Part shown: piece after piece, positions 21,912-31,662 of the stretch
Layout: every line of letters starts with the position of its first letter
Numbering within the stretch: position 1 is the first letter of the stretch
Source of the DNA: an uncultured bacterium
Lineage (GTDB): Bacteria > Krumholzibacteriota > Krumholzibacteriia > Krumholzibacteriales > Krumholzibacteriaceae
Direction: 5' to 3'
Length of the DNA stretch: 64,000 nt
NCBI GenBank assembly: GCA_963813815.1
Contig: CAWFAD010000016.1
Location: 64,001 to 128,000, forward strand
Made by a program: the position numbers and the translations under genes
Notes under the pieces: generated by a model
Databases searched by the model: none
The model's input: only the letters and a program-made list of their open reading frames with translations
Told to the model about the DNA's origin: nothing

Positions 21912-22829
21912 ATGATCCGGTTATCGAAGAGGCCGCGCCGAGGCGCGCGGCGCATCGCGGCGGGAGTCCTCGCGGCCGCGTCGCTCGCGTGCGCCGGCTG
22001 CGGGCGCGGAAAGCCGGAGGGATTCGTCGGCTCGGGAACCCTCGAGGCGACCGAGGTCGTCGTGAGCGCCCAAACCGGAGGACAGGTGCTTCGCCTCATG
22101 AAACGGGAGGGGGACGCCGTTTCCACGGGCGACACGCTGGCGATCGTCGACGTCGAAAAGCTCGCTCTCGAGCGGCGCCGGCTCGGGTCGAGCATCGACG
22201 AGATCACGGCGAGCCGCCTCCCCGTCGCCGAATCGGTGAAGCAGGCGCGGGAGCATCTCGACAACACCGAGAAGAGCTACGGGCGCATCAAGGCGCTCTT
22301 CGACGCGGGCACGGCGACGCAGCAGCAGTACGACGACGTCTCGACGAAGTACCGGCTCGCCGAGAGCCAGCTCGTCTCCGCCAAGGCGCAGGAGAAAACG
22401 CTCGACGCGCGAGAGGAAACGGTGCGGGCGTCGATCGCGCTCCTCGACCGGCAGATACGGGACGGGGCCGTCACGGCTCCCGTTTCGGGAGTCGTCGCCG
22501 AGAGATACGTCGAGGCGGGGGAAATGGCGCCCACGGGCGGCGCGGTCTTCAAGATCGTCGACCTCTCGGATTTCTGGATCAAGGTGTACGCGGGGGAGAA
22601 GGATCTCGGGGCCTTCGCGCTCGGGGCCGGGGTACGCGTCGTGGTCGACGCGCTCGAGACTCCGCTCGAGGGCGTCGTCTCGTGGGTCTCGCCGGAGGCG
22701 GAGTTCACGCCGAAGAACGTCGAAACGCGCGACGCCCGCGCCGAGCTCGTCTACGCGGTGAAGGTCGCCGTCACGGCGCCGCCCGCCGCGCTCAAGATCG
22801 GGATGCCGGCGGAAGTGTACGTGAAATGA
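21912..22829 (+). CDS. HlyD-family periplasmic adaptor (YbhG-like)
   Basis: SGTLEATEV, coiled coil, APVSG, AEFTPKNVET, LKIGMPA. Confidence 0.92.
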   Translation: MIRLSKRPRRGARRIAAGVLAAASLACAGCGRGKPEGFVGSGTLEATEVVVSAQTGGQVLRLMKREGDAVSTGDTLAIVDVEKLALERRRLGSSIDEITASRLPVAESVKQAREHLDNTEKSYGRIKALFDAGTATQQQYDDVSTKYRLAESQLVSAKAQEKTLDAREETVRASIALLDRQIRDGAVTAPVSGVVAERYVEAGEMAPTGGAVFKIVDLSDFWIKVYAGEKDLGAFALGAGVRVVVDALETPLEGVVSWVSPEAEFTPKNVETRDARAELVYAVKVAVTAPPAALKIGMPAEVYVK

Positions 22830-23749
22830 GCGACCTCGCGATTCGCGTCGAGGGACTTAAGAAAAGCTTCGGCGACACGGCCGCCCTCGTCGAGGCGAGC
22901 TTCGAGGTGCGCTCGGGGGAGATGTTCGGCCTCATCGGCCCGGACGGCGCGGGCAAGACCACCCTCTTTCGCATTCTCACGACGCTCATCGATCCCGACG
23001 CCGGCGAGGCCGAGGTGCTCGGGGCCTCGGTGCGCCGGGAGCCGGAGCGGATCCGCGAGGCCGTCGGATACATGCCGCAGCATTTCTCCCTCTATCAAGA
23101 CCTCAGCGTCGCCGAGAACATGCGTTTCTTCGCGGACCTCTTCGGCGTGCGGGCGGTCGAGCGGCGCCGGCGCACGGAGGAGCTCCTCGCCTTCAGCCGC
23201 CTCGGTCCCTTCGTCAAGCGCAGGGCCGGGGCGCTCTCGGGAGGAATGAAACAAAAGCTCGCCCTCTCGTGCGCCCTCATCCATACGCCGCGGCTCCTCG
23301 TTCTCGACGAGCCGACGACCGGGGTTGACCCCGTCTCGCGGCGCGACTTCTGGGAGATGCTCGAAGGGCTCCGCGGGCAGGGGGTCACGATCGTCGTATC
23401 GACGCCGTACATGAACGAGGCCGCCCTCTGCGGCCGAATGGCGTTCATTCACAAGGGAAGGCTGCTCGCGACGGGAAGCGCCGGGGAGATCGCGAGCCTT
23501 TTCGCGGGAAAGGTGTACGCCCTCGACGGGCCGAGCCTCGGGGCGATAGCGGCCTCGCTCAAGAAGATCCTGCGGCCGGAGCTCGTGCGGATTCTCGGCG
23601 ACCGCGTGCAGGCGATCGTTCTCGAGAACGGCCGGGAGGACGCCGAACGCGCCTTCGCGGCGGCGCGGGAGGGAGGGCTTCTCGACGGTCCTCCGCGCGA
23701 GGCGGCGCCGGACGTCGAGGACGCCTTCATCGCCCTCATGAGGGAATGA
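22826..23749 (+). CDS. ABC transporter ATP-binding protein
   Basis: GPDGAGKTT, LSGGMKQK, LDEPTTGVDP. Confidence 0.93.
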   Translation: MSDLAIRVEGLKKSFGDTAALVEASFEVRSGEMFGLIGPDGAGKTTLFRILTTLIDPDAGEAEVLGASVRREPERIREAVGYMPQHFSLYQDLSVAENMRFFADLFGVRAVERRRRTEELLAFSRLGPFVKRRAGALSGGMKQKLALSCALIHTPRLLVLDEPTTGVDPVSRRDFWEMLEGLRGQGVTIVVSTPYMNEAALCGRMAFIHKGRLLATGSAGEIASLFAGKVYALDGPSLGAIAASLKKILRPELVRILGDRVQAIVLENGREDAERAFAAAREGGLLDGPPREAAPDVEDAFIALMRE

Positions 23750-24504
23750 GCCGGAGAGAGCAACTCATGGCGAACGACGTCGAATACTCCGTCCGCGTGC
23801 GGGAGCTCACGAAACGCTTCGGAGATTTCACCGCGGTCGATCGCGTCTCGTTCGAGGTGCGCCGCGGCGAGATTTTCGGGCTGCTCGGGGCGAACGGCGC
23901 CGGCAAGACGACGACGATCCGCATGCTCACGGGGCTCCTGCGCCCGACCTCGGGCGAAGGAACGGTCGCCGGGCTCGACGTCGACACGCAATACGACGAG
24001 ATCAAGAAGAGGATCGGCTACATGTCGCAGCGGTTCTCCCTCTACGGGGATCTCACCGTGGGAGAGAACCTCGAATTTTTCGGCCGGGTGTACGGGCTCG
24101 CCTCCCGCGAGATCGACGCGCGCATCGAGGAGCTCGAGGGCGATCTCGGCGTGAAGGACCACCTCCGCCGCCGCACCTGCGCGATCCCGCTCGGATTCAA
24201 GCAGCGTCTCGCGCTCGGGGCCGCCATACTCCATCGACCCGCCGTGCTCTTTCTCGACGAGCCGACCTCGGGGGTCGATCCGATAGCGAGGCGGCATTTC
24301 TGGGAGATCATCAATGGGCTCGCGGAGGGCGGGATCACCGTTCTCGTGACGACGCACTACATGGACGAGGCGGAGTACTGCAACAGGCTCTTCGTCATGC
24401 ACGCGGGGCGGATCGTGAGCATCGGCTCGCCCGCGGAGCTCAAGACGAGGCACGGCGGCCGTTCGATCGAGGAGGTCTTCGTGGGCCTCGTGGGGGAGAG
24501 ATAG
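23746..24504 (+). CDS. ABC transporter ATP-binding protein
   Basis: GANGAGKTT, PLGFKQR, LDEPTSGVDP, TTHYMDEAE. Start could be 23767. Confidence 0.93.
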   Translation: MSRREQLMANDVEYSVRVRELTKRFGDFTAVDRVSFEVRRGEIFGLLGANGAGKTTTIRMLTGLLRPTSGEGTVAGLDVDTQYDEIKKRIGYMSQRFSLYGDLTVGENLEFFGRVYGLASREIDARIEELEGDLGVKDHLRRRTCAIPLGFKQRLALGAAILHRPAVLFLDEPTSGVDPIARRHFWEIINGLAEGGITVLVTTHYMDEAEYCNRLFVMHAGRIVSIGSPAELKTRHGGRSIEEVFVGLVGER

Positions 24505-25713
24505 ATGGCGCGGGGAGGATCGAGAATCGGGGCGCTCGCGGCGAAGGAGTTCCGCCACATCATGCGCGACCCGCGCTCGCTCTGGATTATCTTCATGCTC
24601 CCGATCGTCATGATATTTCTCTTCGGGTACGCGATCGACCTCGACGTCACGAATGCGCGACTCGCCCTCTGCGACCGGAGCGGCACGCCCGCGAGCCGGG
24701 CGCTCGTCCGGGATCTCGAAGCGTCGAGCTACTTCACGGTCGCCGCGCGCTGCGGCGATCCCTCCGAGACGGAACGGCTCTTCAAGCGCCGGGCCGTGCA
24801 CGCCGCCCTCGTCATCCCGGAGGACTACGAGCGGAGCCTCGAGCGGGAGGGAAGGGCGGAGCTCGGGCTCGTCATCGACGGGAGCGACGCGAACACGGCG
24901 TCCCTCATACAGAACTACCTCGAGGCTTTCCTCGCGACGCGCTCGCCGGCCGGAGAGGGCGCCGGCGGAGCGGAACCTCCCGTCTCGGTCCGGCCGACGA
25001 TCCTCTACAACCGCGCGATGGAGTCGACGAACTTCATCGTGCCGGGGATCGCGGCGATCGTCATGATGATGCTCGGGGCGCTCCTCACCTCCGTGGCGAT
25101 AGTCCGCGAGAAAGAGACCGGCACGATGGAGCAGATTCTCGTGAGCCCCGTTCGAAGCCACGAGGTGATCCTCGGCAAGGTCCTCCCGTACCTCGCGCTC
25201 GCGTTCTGCGTGGCGGCCATGGTCGTGGCGGTGGGGCATTTCCATTTCCACGTGCCTTTCGCCGGCTCGCGGGCGCTCCTCATGCTGTACTTCGTGCTGT
25301 ATATCTTTACGGCGCTCTCGCTCGGGCTCCTCGTTTCGACGATCGCCGCCACCCAGCAGGTGGCCATGATGGCCTCGCTCATGGTGACGCTCCTTCCGAC
25401 GATCATGCTCTCCGGGTTCATCTTCCCGACGGCATCGATGCCCACGCCGCTGCGATACGTCTCGAACGCGCTGCCGGCGACGCATTTCCTCGTCATCATC
25501 CGGGGAATCATGCTGAAGGGTTCCGGGCCGGCCGAGCTCGCGGGCCACGGCGCCGCGCTCGCGGGGATCGGCGCCGTGCTCATGACGATCGCGATGAAGC
25601 GCTTCAGCCTGAAGCTCACGCGGAAAGGCGACGGGGGGGTAGATCGCTCGTGCGCGGAGTTCTCAGTCTCGTCCGCAAGGAGCTGCGGCAGATCTTCCGG
25701 GATCCGAACATGA
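24505..25713 (+). CDS. ABC-2 permease (YbhS-like)
   Basis: KEFRHIMRD, DGSDAN, REKETGTMEQ, LSGFIFP. Removing one G from the G7 run near 25633-25639 would give a TAG stop at about 25642. Confidence 0.9.
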   Translation: MARGGSRIGALAAKEFRHIMRDPRSLWIIFMLPIVMIFLFGYAIDLDVTNARLALCDRSGTPASRALVRDLEASSYFTVAARCGDPSETERLFKRRAVHAALVIPEDYERSLEREGRAELGLVIDGSDANTASLIQNYLEAFLATRSPAGEGAGGAEPPVSVRPTILYNRAMESTNFIVPGIAAIVMMMLGALLTSVAIVREKETGTMEQILVSPVRSHEVILGKVLPYLALAFCVAAMVVAVGHFHFHVPFAGSRALLMLYFVLYIFTALSLGLLVSTIAATQQVAMMASLMVTLLPTIMLSGFIFPTASMPTPLRYVSNALPATHFLVIIRGIMLKGSGPAELAGHGAALAGIGAVLMTIAMKRFSLKLTRKGDGGVDRSCAEFSVSSARSCGRSSGIRT

Positions 25714-26792
25714 TCCGGATCATCTTTTTCATGCCGCTCATGCAGCTCTTCGTCCTCGGCTACGCGATCACCTTCGACATCAAGAACCTTTCGCTCGCCG
25801 CGATCGACCGGGACGGATCGTCGGCGAGCCGGGCGCTCTACGATCGCTTCGCGCACAGCGAGCATTTCAGGGCGCGGCGGATCGCCGATCCGGGGGGCGG
25901 GATCGAGGAGGTTCTGCGGCGCGGGGAGGCGGTGATCGCGATCGTCGTGCCGGAGGGGTTCGGCCGCGATCTCGAGTCGGGGAAAACGGCGGAGGTGCAG
26001 GTCCTCCTCGACGGGCAGAACTCGAACACGGCGGGCGTGGCGCTCGGCTACTGCAGCCGGATCGTGAACCGCTTCATGCAGGATCGCGCCGCGGAGGCGC
26101 GGGCGAAAGCGGGGCCGCGCGCCGCGGCCGGCATCCGGCGCGGGGTCCGCGTCGTCGCGGCGGAAACGCGGATCTGGTACAACCCCGAGCTGCGGAGCGT
26201 CTATTTCATGATTCCCGGGATCATCACGATCCTGCTCACCGTGATCACGATGCTCCTCACGGGGCTCGCCATCGTGAAGGAGCGGGAGGCGGGCACGCTC
26301 GAGCAGCTCCTCGTGACGCCGCTCCGGCCGTGGCAGATCATCGCCGGCAAGACGATCCCGTTCGCCCTCGTGGGGATCGCCGAAATGGCGATCGCGACCA
26401 CGATCGGCGTGCTCTGGTTCGGGATTCCCGTTCTCGGGAACGTGGCCCTCTTGGCGCTCATCGCCTTTTGCTTCATCCTCACGACCCTCGGGCTCGGGGT
26501 GTTCATATCGACGGTGGCGGGGACGCAGCAGCAGGCGCTCTTCGTCACGTGGTTCTTCCTCCAGATCTTCGTGCTCCTGAGCGGGCTCTTTTACCCGATC
26601 GAGAATATGCCCGCCTGGGTCCAGATCGCGACCCGCATCAACCCCGTCCGCTACCTCGTCACGGTGAACAGGGAGCTCCTCCTCAAGGGGGCCGGTATCG
26701 CCGAGCTCTGGCCCGAGCTCGCCTGGCTCCTCGGAATCGGCCTCTCCGTCTTCACCTTCGCGACGCTCCGGTTTCACAAACGGGCGGCGTGA
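25650..26792 (+). CDS. ABC-2 permease (YbhR-like)
   Basis: KELRQIFRD, WYNPEL, KEREAGTLEQLLVTP, PIENMP. Confidence 0.92.
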   Translation: MRGVLSLVRKELRQIFRDPNMIRIIFFMPLMQLFVLGYAITFDIKNLSLAAIDRDGSSASRALYDRFAHSEHFRARRIADPGGGIEEVLRRGEAVIAIVVPEGFGRDLESGKTAEVQVLLDGQNSNTAGVALGYCSRIVNRFMQDRAAEARAKAGPRAAAGIRRGVRVVAAETRIWYNPELRSVYFMIPGIITILLTVITMLLTGLAIVKEREAGTLEQLLVTPLRPWQIIAGKTIPFALVGIAEMAIATTIGVLWFGIPVLGNVALLALIAFCFILTTLGLGVFISTVAGTQQQALFVTWFFLQIFVLLSGLFYPIENMPAWVQIATRINPVRYLVTVNRELLLKGAGIAELWPELAWLLGIGLSVFTFATLRFHKRAA

Positions 26793-26899
26793 GGGTGCGA
26801 ACCGGCGCCGAGGAGCCCCGAGCGATTTTGTTTGTCCGGGGACGGTCGATCCTTTATCATTAATATCGGCCTTTGGTTTCACCGATTCAGCGGTGTGCT

Positions 26900-29416
26900 A
26901 TGCGCTTCGCAGTTAAAAAATCTTACGCCATCGCGCTTCTCTTCGCCTGCGCGGGCCTCGCGCTCATAGCCGCACTCTCGACCTCGCCGGGCAGCCCTGC
27001 GGCGCAGGATAGGGACGAGGAGTCGCTCGACAAGGCCGAAACGATCCAGCGCACCCTCATTCTCGACGGCAGCCGCATCCACTTCGCGGGCGAGCTCCAG
27101 ATGAACGTCACGAATTTCGGATTCTTCGGATCGCTTCCGAAGAGCACCTACGTCATGTCGGAGGCCCCCTCGGCGCAATGGCCGGCGGGGAGCGGCGTCG
27201 AGTACCTCTACGCCGCCGGGCTCTGGGTGGCGGCCGAGGTCGACGGGGTTCCGTCCGTTTCGACCGGGTACCCGCAAACGGAGTTCTACCCCTCCGACGA
27301 CGCGACGGCCGTCATCTACCGCTCGTTCGAGGGGGCCGCGGGCGGCAGGCGCTATCCCGCGGATCCCGACGACGACCGCGACGGCGAAATCGACGAGGAC
27401 CCGCTCAACGGCCGCGACGACGATCGCGACGGCCTCGTCGACGAGGACTTCGCGGCCGCCGGAAAGCTCATGTACTCCTGCGAGTACAGCGACGTCGAGG
27501 TGTCGGCGCAGCAGGTGTGGCCCGAGCACAATCCTCTCGGCATCCACGTGCTGCAGGAGAGCTACCAGTGGAGCGAAGAGGCGCTCAACGACTTCGTGGC
27601 CGCGAGCTACCTGATCACGAACGAGAGCTACCGGTTCCTGAACAGCGCCTACATCGGCCTCTTCGCGGACCTCGACGCCGGACACCGGGATCTCGGCGCG
27701 TATTACAAGGACGATCTCGTCGGATCGTGGGAGGGCATCTGGTGCGCGCCGGTGAGCGGCGTCGAGCTTCCGCAGCGCGTGCGCATCGTGTACGTGCACG
27801 ACAACGACGGCGACGAGGGGCGCACGCCGGGGTACTTCGGCGTCGCGTTCTTCGGCATGAGGGAGTACGGCTCGGGCTACTATGCGAATATGGGCGGCGG
27901 ACTCAGCTCCATCAGATACTTCGCGGGGCTTCTCCCGTACGACCGGGGGGGAGAGCCGGTGAACGATTTTCAGCGCTACGCGGCCATGTCGAGCGGCGTG
28001 AGCGACGCCGATCCCGACGTGCCCAAGGATTACAAGGCGCTCATGAGCGCGGGACCCTTTTTCATTCCTCCGGGGGTCACCTTCGCCTTCGACGTCGCGT
28101 TCGTGGCCGGCGGGACCCTCGACGAGCTGCTCGACAACGCAGCGACGGCGACCCGCGTGTACTGCGGCGTCTACGCCGACGGGGACCGGAATCCCAACAC
28201 CGGCGTTCGGGGGCGAGAGGGGTTCATCGTCGGCCCCTCGGATCCGGATCAGGGCATCGATCCCGATCCGTGCGACAACATCGCCGAGAGCATCGTGCTC
28301 TCCAAGCGGGAGACCCTCTGGTGCAATTTCGATTGTCAGGAGGAGAAGCTCCTGTGGAGCTACCCCTGCTACAAAGGGTCCATGACCTTTCTGCAATTTC
28401 AGAGCGGGTCGTACGGGAAGGAGCTCCCGGTGCGATGGATCACGAGCACGGCGCCGCCGGCGCCGGCGCTGCGGGCCGTCGCGGGGGACAACAGCGTCAC
28501 CCTCCTCTGGGACAACACGAGCGAGGTCACACCCGACGCCATTACGCGCCAGTACGATTTCGAGGGATACCGAGTCTATCGCGCGCACGACTGGCACCGG
28601 CCGCTCGGGTCGACCGTCGCGAGCGGTCCGAGCGACGAGCTCTGGTACCTCATCGACAGCCGCGATCTCGTGAACGGCGTGCCGCCGGACCAGAATCTCC
28701 AGCTGCCGTGGAAGGACGGCGGGTTCGAATACGATCCCCTCGGCCGTCTCGACGAGCGGGAACGGAGCCACTACATCGAGGCGTTCGAGCAGGGCCTCCT
28801 GCACGATCCGCTCTCGAGCCCGCCCTGTCCGCCGGGATTCACCGTGGAGGAATGCGACACCCTCGAGGCCCTCGCCCGGTGGAGCATCGGCTACGAAGGC
28901 GGCCGCCGCTACTACCGCTACGTCGATCCCGACGCCAAGAACGGGCTTCCCTATTTTTACGCGGTGGTCGCGTACGACCACGTCATTGTCGACGGCGAAG
29001 CGACGGGCGTGAATCTCGGCGATACGCCGATCGCGAACTTCGTGTACGTCACTCCGCGATCGAGCTCGCAGGCGGACGGCGAGTTCCGGAGCGAAGACGT
29101 CTACGTCGTGCCGAACCCCGTGACGGGAGCAAACACGGCGCCGTGGAAGCTCGAACCGAACAACGCGGATCCGTCGGGGGACAAGTGCGAGTTTCGCAAT
29201 CTCCCGCGCTGCCGCAGCGTCGTGCGGATCTACTCGGTGGCCGGAGATCTCGTCCAAACGCTGTATCACGACGGCTCGTCGGGCGTCGGCACGCTCTCGT
29301 GGGATCTCATGTCCCGGAACGGGCAGAGCGTGACGAGCGGCGTGTACCTCTTCTCCGTCGAGAGCGAAGACGGCAGGTTTCCCCGGGTGATCGGAAAGTT
29401 CGTGGTGATACGATGA
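26900..29416 (+). CDS. Large exported protein with acidic Ca-binding-like repeats, FN3-like segment and C-terminal FlgD/T9SS-CTD-like domain
   Basis: Signal peptide; D.D.DG..DED repeats; PPAP.LRAVAGDNSVTLLWD; terminal VYVVPNP...IYSVAGDLV...WD..NG..V.SGVYLF...GKFVVIR. Confidence 0.8.
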   Translation: MRFAVKKSYAIALLFACAGLALIAALSTSPGSPAAQDRDEESLDKAETIQRTLILDGSRIHFAGELQMNVTNFGFFGSLPKSTYVMSEAPSAQWPAGSGVEYLYAAGLWVAAEVDGVPSVSTGYPQTEFYPSDDATAVIYRSFEGAAGGRRYPADPDDDRDGEIDEDPLNGRDDDRDGLVDEDFAAAGKLMYSCEYSDVEVSAQQVWPEHNPLGIHVLQESYQWSEEALNDFVAASYLITNESYRFLNSAYIGLFADLDAGHRDLGAYYKDDLVGSWEGIWCAPVSGVELPQRVRIVYVHDNDGDEGRTPGYFGVAFFGMREYGSGYYANMGGGLSSIRYFAGLLPYDRGGEPVNDFQRYAAMSSGVSDADPDVPKDYKALMSAGPFFIPPGVTFAFDVAFVAGGTLDELLDNAATATRVYCGVYADGDRNPNTGVRGREGFIVGPSDPDQGIDPDPCDNIAESIVLSKRETLWCNFDCQEEKLLWSYPCYKGSMTFLQFQSGSYGKELPVRWITSTAPPAPALRAVAGDNSVTLLWDNTSEVTPDAITRQYDFEGYRVYRAHDWHRPLGSTVASGPSDELWYLIDSRDLVNGVPPDQNLQLPWKDGGFEYDPLGRLDERERSHYIEAFEQGLLHDPLSSPPCPPGFTVEECDTLEALARWSIGYEGGRRYYRYVDPDAKNGLPYFYAVVAYDHVIVDGEATGVNLGDTPIANFVYVTPRSSSQADGEFRSEDVYVVPNPVTGANTAPWKLEPNNADPSGDKCEFRNLPRCRSVVRIYSVAGDLVQTLYHDGSSGVGTLSWDLMSRNGQSVTSGVYLFSVESEDGRFPRVIGKFVVIR

Positions 29417-31662
29417 AGAAAAACGGATGCAAGCAGGCTCCCGGGTTCCGGGGTGCCGCGACGGCCGCGGCGGCGCTCGCCGCCCTCGCCGCGTTCGCTT
29501 CCTGCGACGAAAGCCTCTATACGGGAACGATCAAGCCGAACGTCCCGCCCACGATCAAGCTCACGAGCGGCCCCCTCGAAGGGGACACGACCGCGTACGC
29601 CATCGACTTCAGCTGGGTGGGCAACGACAAGGACGGCACGATCGACCACTATGAATTCGCCATGTCGGCGGGGGATCCGATCGGCTTCGATCCGGCCGAC
29701 ACGACGGGTCCCGACCAGTGGACGAAAACGCGCGCGACGGACAGCCTCTTCAGGTTCACGGCCGACGAGGAGGCCGGGGACATTTGGTTCAGCACGAAGT
29801 ACTACACGCTCTACGAGAAGACGCACACGTTCTTCGTCAGGGCGATCGACGACCGCGGCGGCTGCTCGGAGACCGCGTATCGCTCGTTCACGGCGCAGAC
29901 GCTCGCCCCCTTCGCGGTCATCGACCTGCCGCGCTCGTTTCTCCCGGGCCAGACGCAGATCATGCCGCCGATCGTGCGCTTTCAGTGGCATTGTCTCGAT
30001 CCGATCGACACGCCGTGGAACACGCAGCAGGCGGATTCCGTCCGCTACCTGCTCACGCCGTACGACCGGAGCACGATCGAGAAGCTCAACGTGGAGCCCG
30101 CCACGTTCGAGGAGTACTGGAGCCGATGGAAGTCGTATGACGCCCCCGGAGATTCCGGAATCGCGACCGTCATCGGCGACGACGAGATGCTGAGCAAGAT
30201 GAGCAGCTACGTCTTCGCCGTTCAGGCGAAGGACGACGCGGGCGCGGTCACGGCGGTCTTCGATCCGGCGATGAACGTGCGCATCTTCGCCATTCTCCAG
30301 TCGGCGGGTCCGGAGCTCCGGGTGAGCGAGCCCTATCTCGGCTGGTGGCAGTACATCGGCATCGACAACCGGACGGAGGTGTTCCGGCTCCCGGCGGGGT
30401 TCGTGGTCCGCTTCAGCTGGTCGGCCGACGCGTCGAGCTACGGAGGGGAGATCGCCTCCTATCGCTACGGATGGGACATCGTCGATCTCAACGATCCGGG
30501 CGAGTGGGCGATCGATCCGAATCCCTTCGTGAAATCCGCTCCGCCCGTTTCGTTCGCCTCCGGCGTGCACACGCTCTACATCGAGGCGGTCGACAATAAC
30601 GGCGCCGCCACGATGGCCCAGATGGAGATCAACATCTTCGCCCTCAACATGACGCGCAACCTTCTCTGGATCGACGATTTCTACTCGACCGACACCTTCC
30701 AACAGGTGAACTACGGATTCCCGACCGAGACCGAGCACGACACCTTTTGGCTCGCGATCTGCTACCGGACGGTGGGCTTCAGCCCGGACATCGACGTGTA
30801 CGACTCGGCCCAGCGAGGCGCTTTGCCGCCCGACATCGAGCTCCTCTGGCGGTACAAGAACATCATCTGGAGCTATTCGTCCCTCGACGAGGTCAATGCG
30901 TGGGACAACATGGTCCGTTTCATACCGGAAAGCTGGATCACTTCGTCCACCACGCTCACGTTCAATTTTCTCTCGTACTACATGGCCTCCGGCGGGCACA
31001 TTTGGACCGAAGGCAAGTCGGACAAGCAGGGCGGCCTCATAGCCGTTCTGTTTCCGTACCGCCAGGTCGAGCCGATCAATCTCCGGTGCGAGATCACGGG
31101 CGTGCGCACGGGATGCGACGGCGACACGAGCGGGGTCAACTGCATCGCGTACAAGGATTACTGCGTTACGGTGCTCGACAAGATCGTGCCCAACGAGCGG
31201 ACCGACGAGATCATGCCCATCCGGCGGGTCGATTGGGACGCCATGACGTACGCCTACCGCGATCCGCGCGACGCGGTCACGCTCGCGCACCCGGCGCTCC
31301 CGACGACGCTCAAGCTCTGGGACAAGGTGACGGCGACGGGGATGTATTTCGATCCGGCCGTGCGGGGCTTCACGTACGGGGAAATCTACAACCCCGGCTA
31401 CTGGATGTCGGCCACCCTCGCGCGGACGCAGAGCTGCTTTCACCCCATGTACCGGATGAAGTCGCGCAACACCCTATCGGCGATCAACAACGCGACGATC
31501 GCCTTCTGGACGACGAAGTACGCCGACGTCGCCGCTCCCGCGGAGGGCGCCATCCCCGCGCCGAGCGTCCACTTCGGCGTGCCGCTCTGGTTCTTCAACC
31601 GCTCACAGGTCGACTCCATCGCCGACACCGTTTTTCGAGAATGGAGAATCAGCTCCCGCTAG
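29413..31662 (+). CDS. Large lipoprotein of unknown function with Ig/FN3-like modules
   Basis: ATG overlaps the previous stop; signal ending FASC; repeated H/Y.F.V.A.D..G strands. The upstream part of the 1494-aa track ORF is a shadow frame. Confidence 0.8.
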   Translation: MKKNGCKQAPGFRGAATAAAALAALAAFASCDESLYTGTIKPNVPPTIKLTSGPLEGDTTAYAIDFSWVGNDKDGTIDHYEFAMSAGDPIGFDPADTTGPDQWTKTRATDSLFRFTADEEAGDIWFSTKYYTLYEKTHTFFVRAIDDRGGCSETAYRSFTAQTLAPFAVIDLPRSFLPGQTQIMPPIVRFQWHCLDPIDTPWNTQQADSVRYLLTPYDRSTIEKLNVEPATFEEYWSRWKSYDAPGDSGIATVIGDDEMLSKMSSYVFAVQAKDDAGAVTAVFDPAMNVRIFAILQSAGPELRVSEPYLGWWQYIGIDNRTEVFRLPAGFVVRFSWSADASSYGGEIASYRYGWDIVDLNDPGEWAIDPNPFVKSAPPVSFASGVHTLYIEAVDNNGAATMAQMEINIFALNMTRNLLWIDDFYSTDTFQQVNYGFPTETEHDTFWLAICYRTVGFSPDIDVYDSAQRGALPPDIELLWRYKNIIWSYSSLDEVNAWDNMVRFIPESWITSSTTLTFNFLSYYMASGGHIWTEGKSDKQGGLIAVLFPYRQVEPINLRCEITGVRTGCDGDTSGVNCIAYKDYCVTVLDKIVPNERTDEIMPIRRVDWDAMTYAYRDPRDAVTLAHPALPTTLKLWDKVTATGMYFDPAVRGFTYGEIYNPGYWMSATLARTQSCFHPMYRMKSRNTLSAINNATIAFWTTKYADVAAPAEGAIPAPSVHFGVPLWFFNRSQVDSIADTVFREWRISSR

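Noticed and set aside
27178..29412. N-terminal half of the 1494-aa ORF
   Set aside because: Alternate frame of the 26900..29416 gene; the real lipoprotein starts at ATG 29413.
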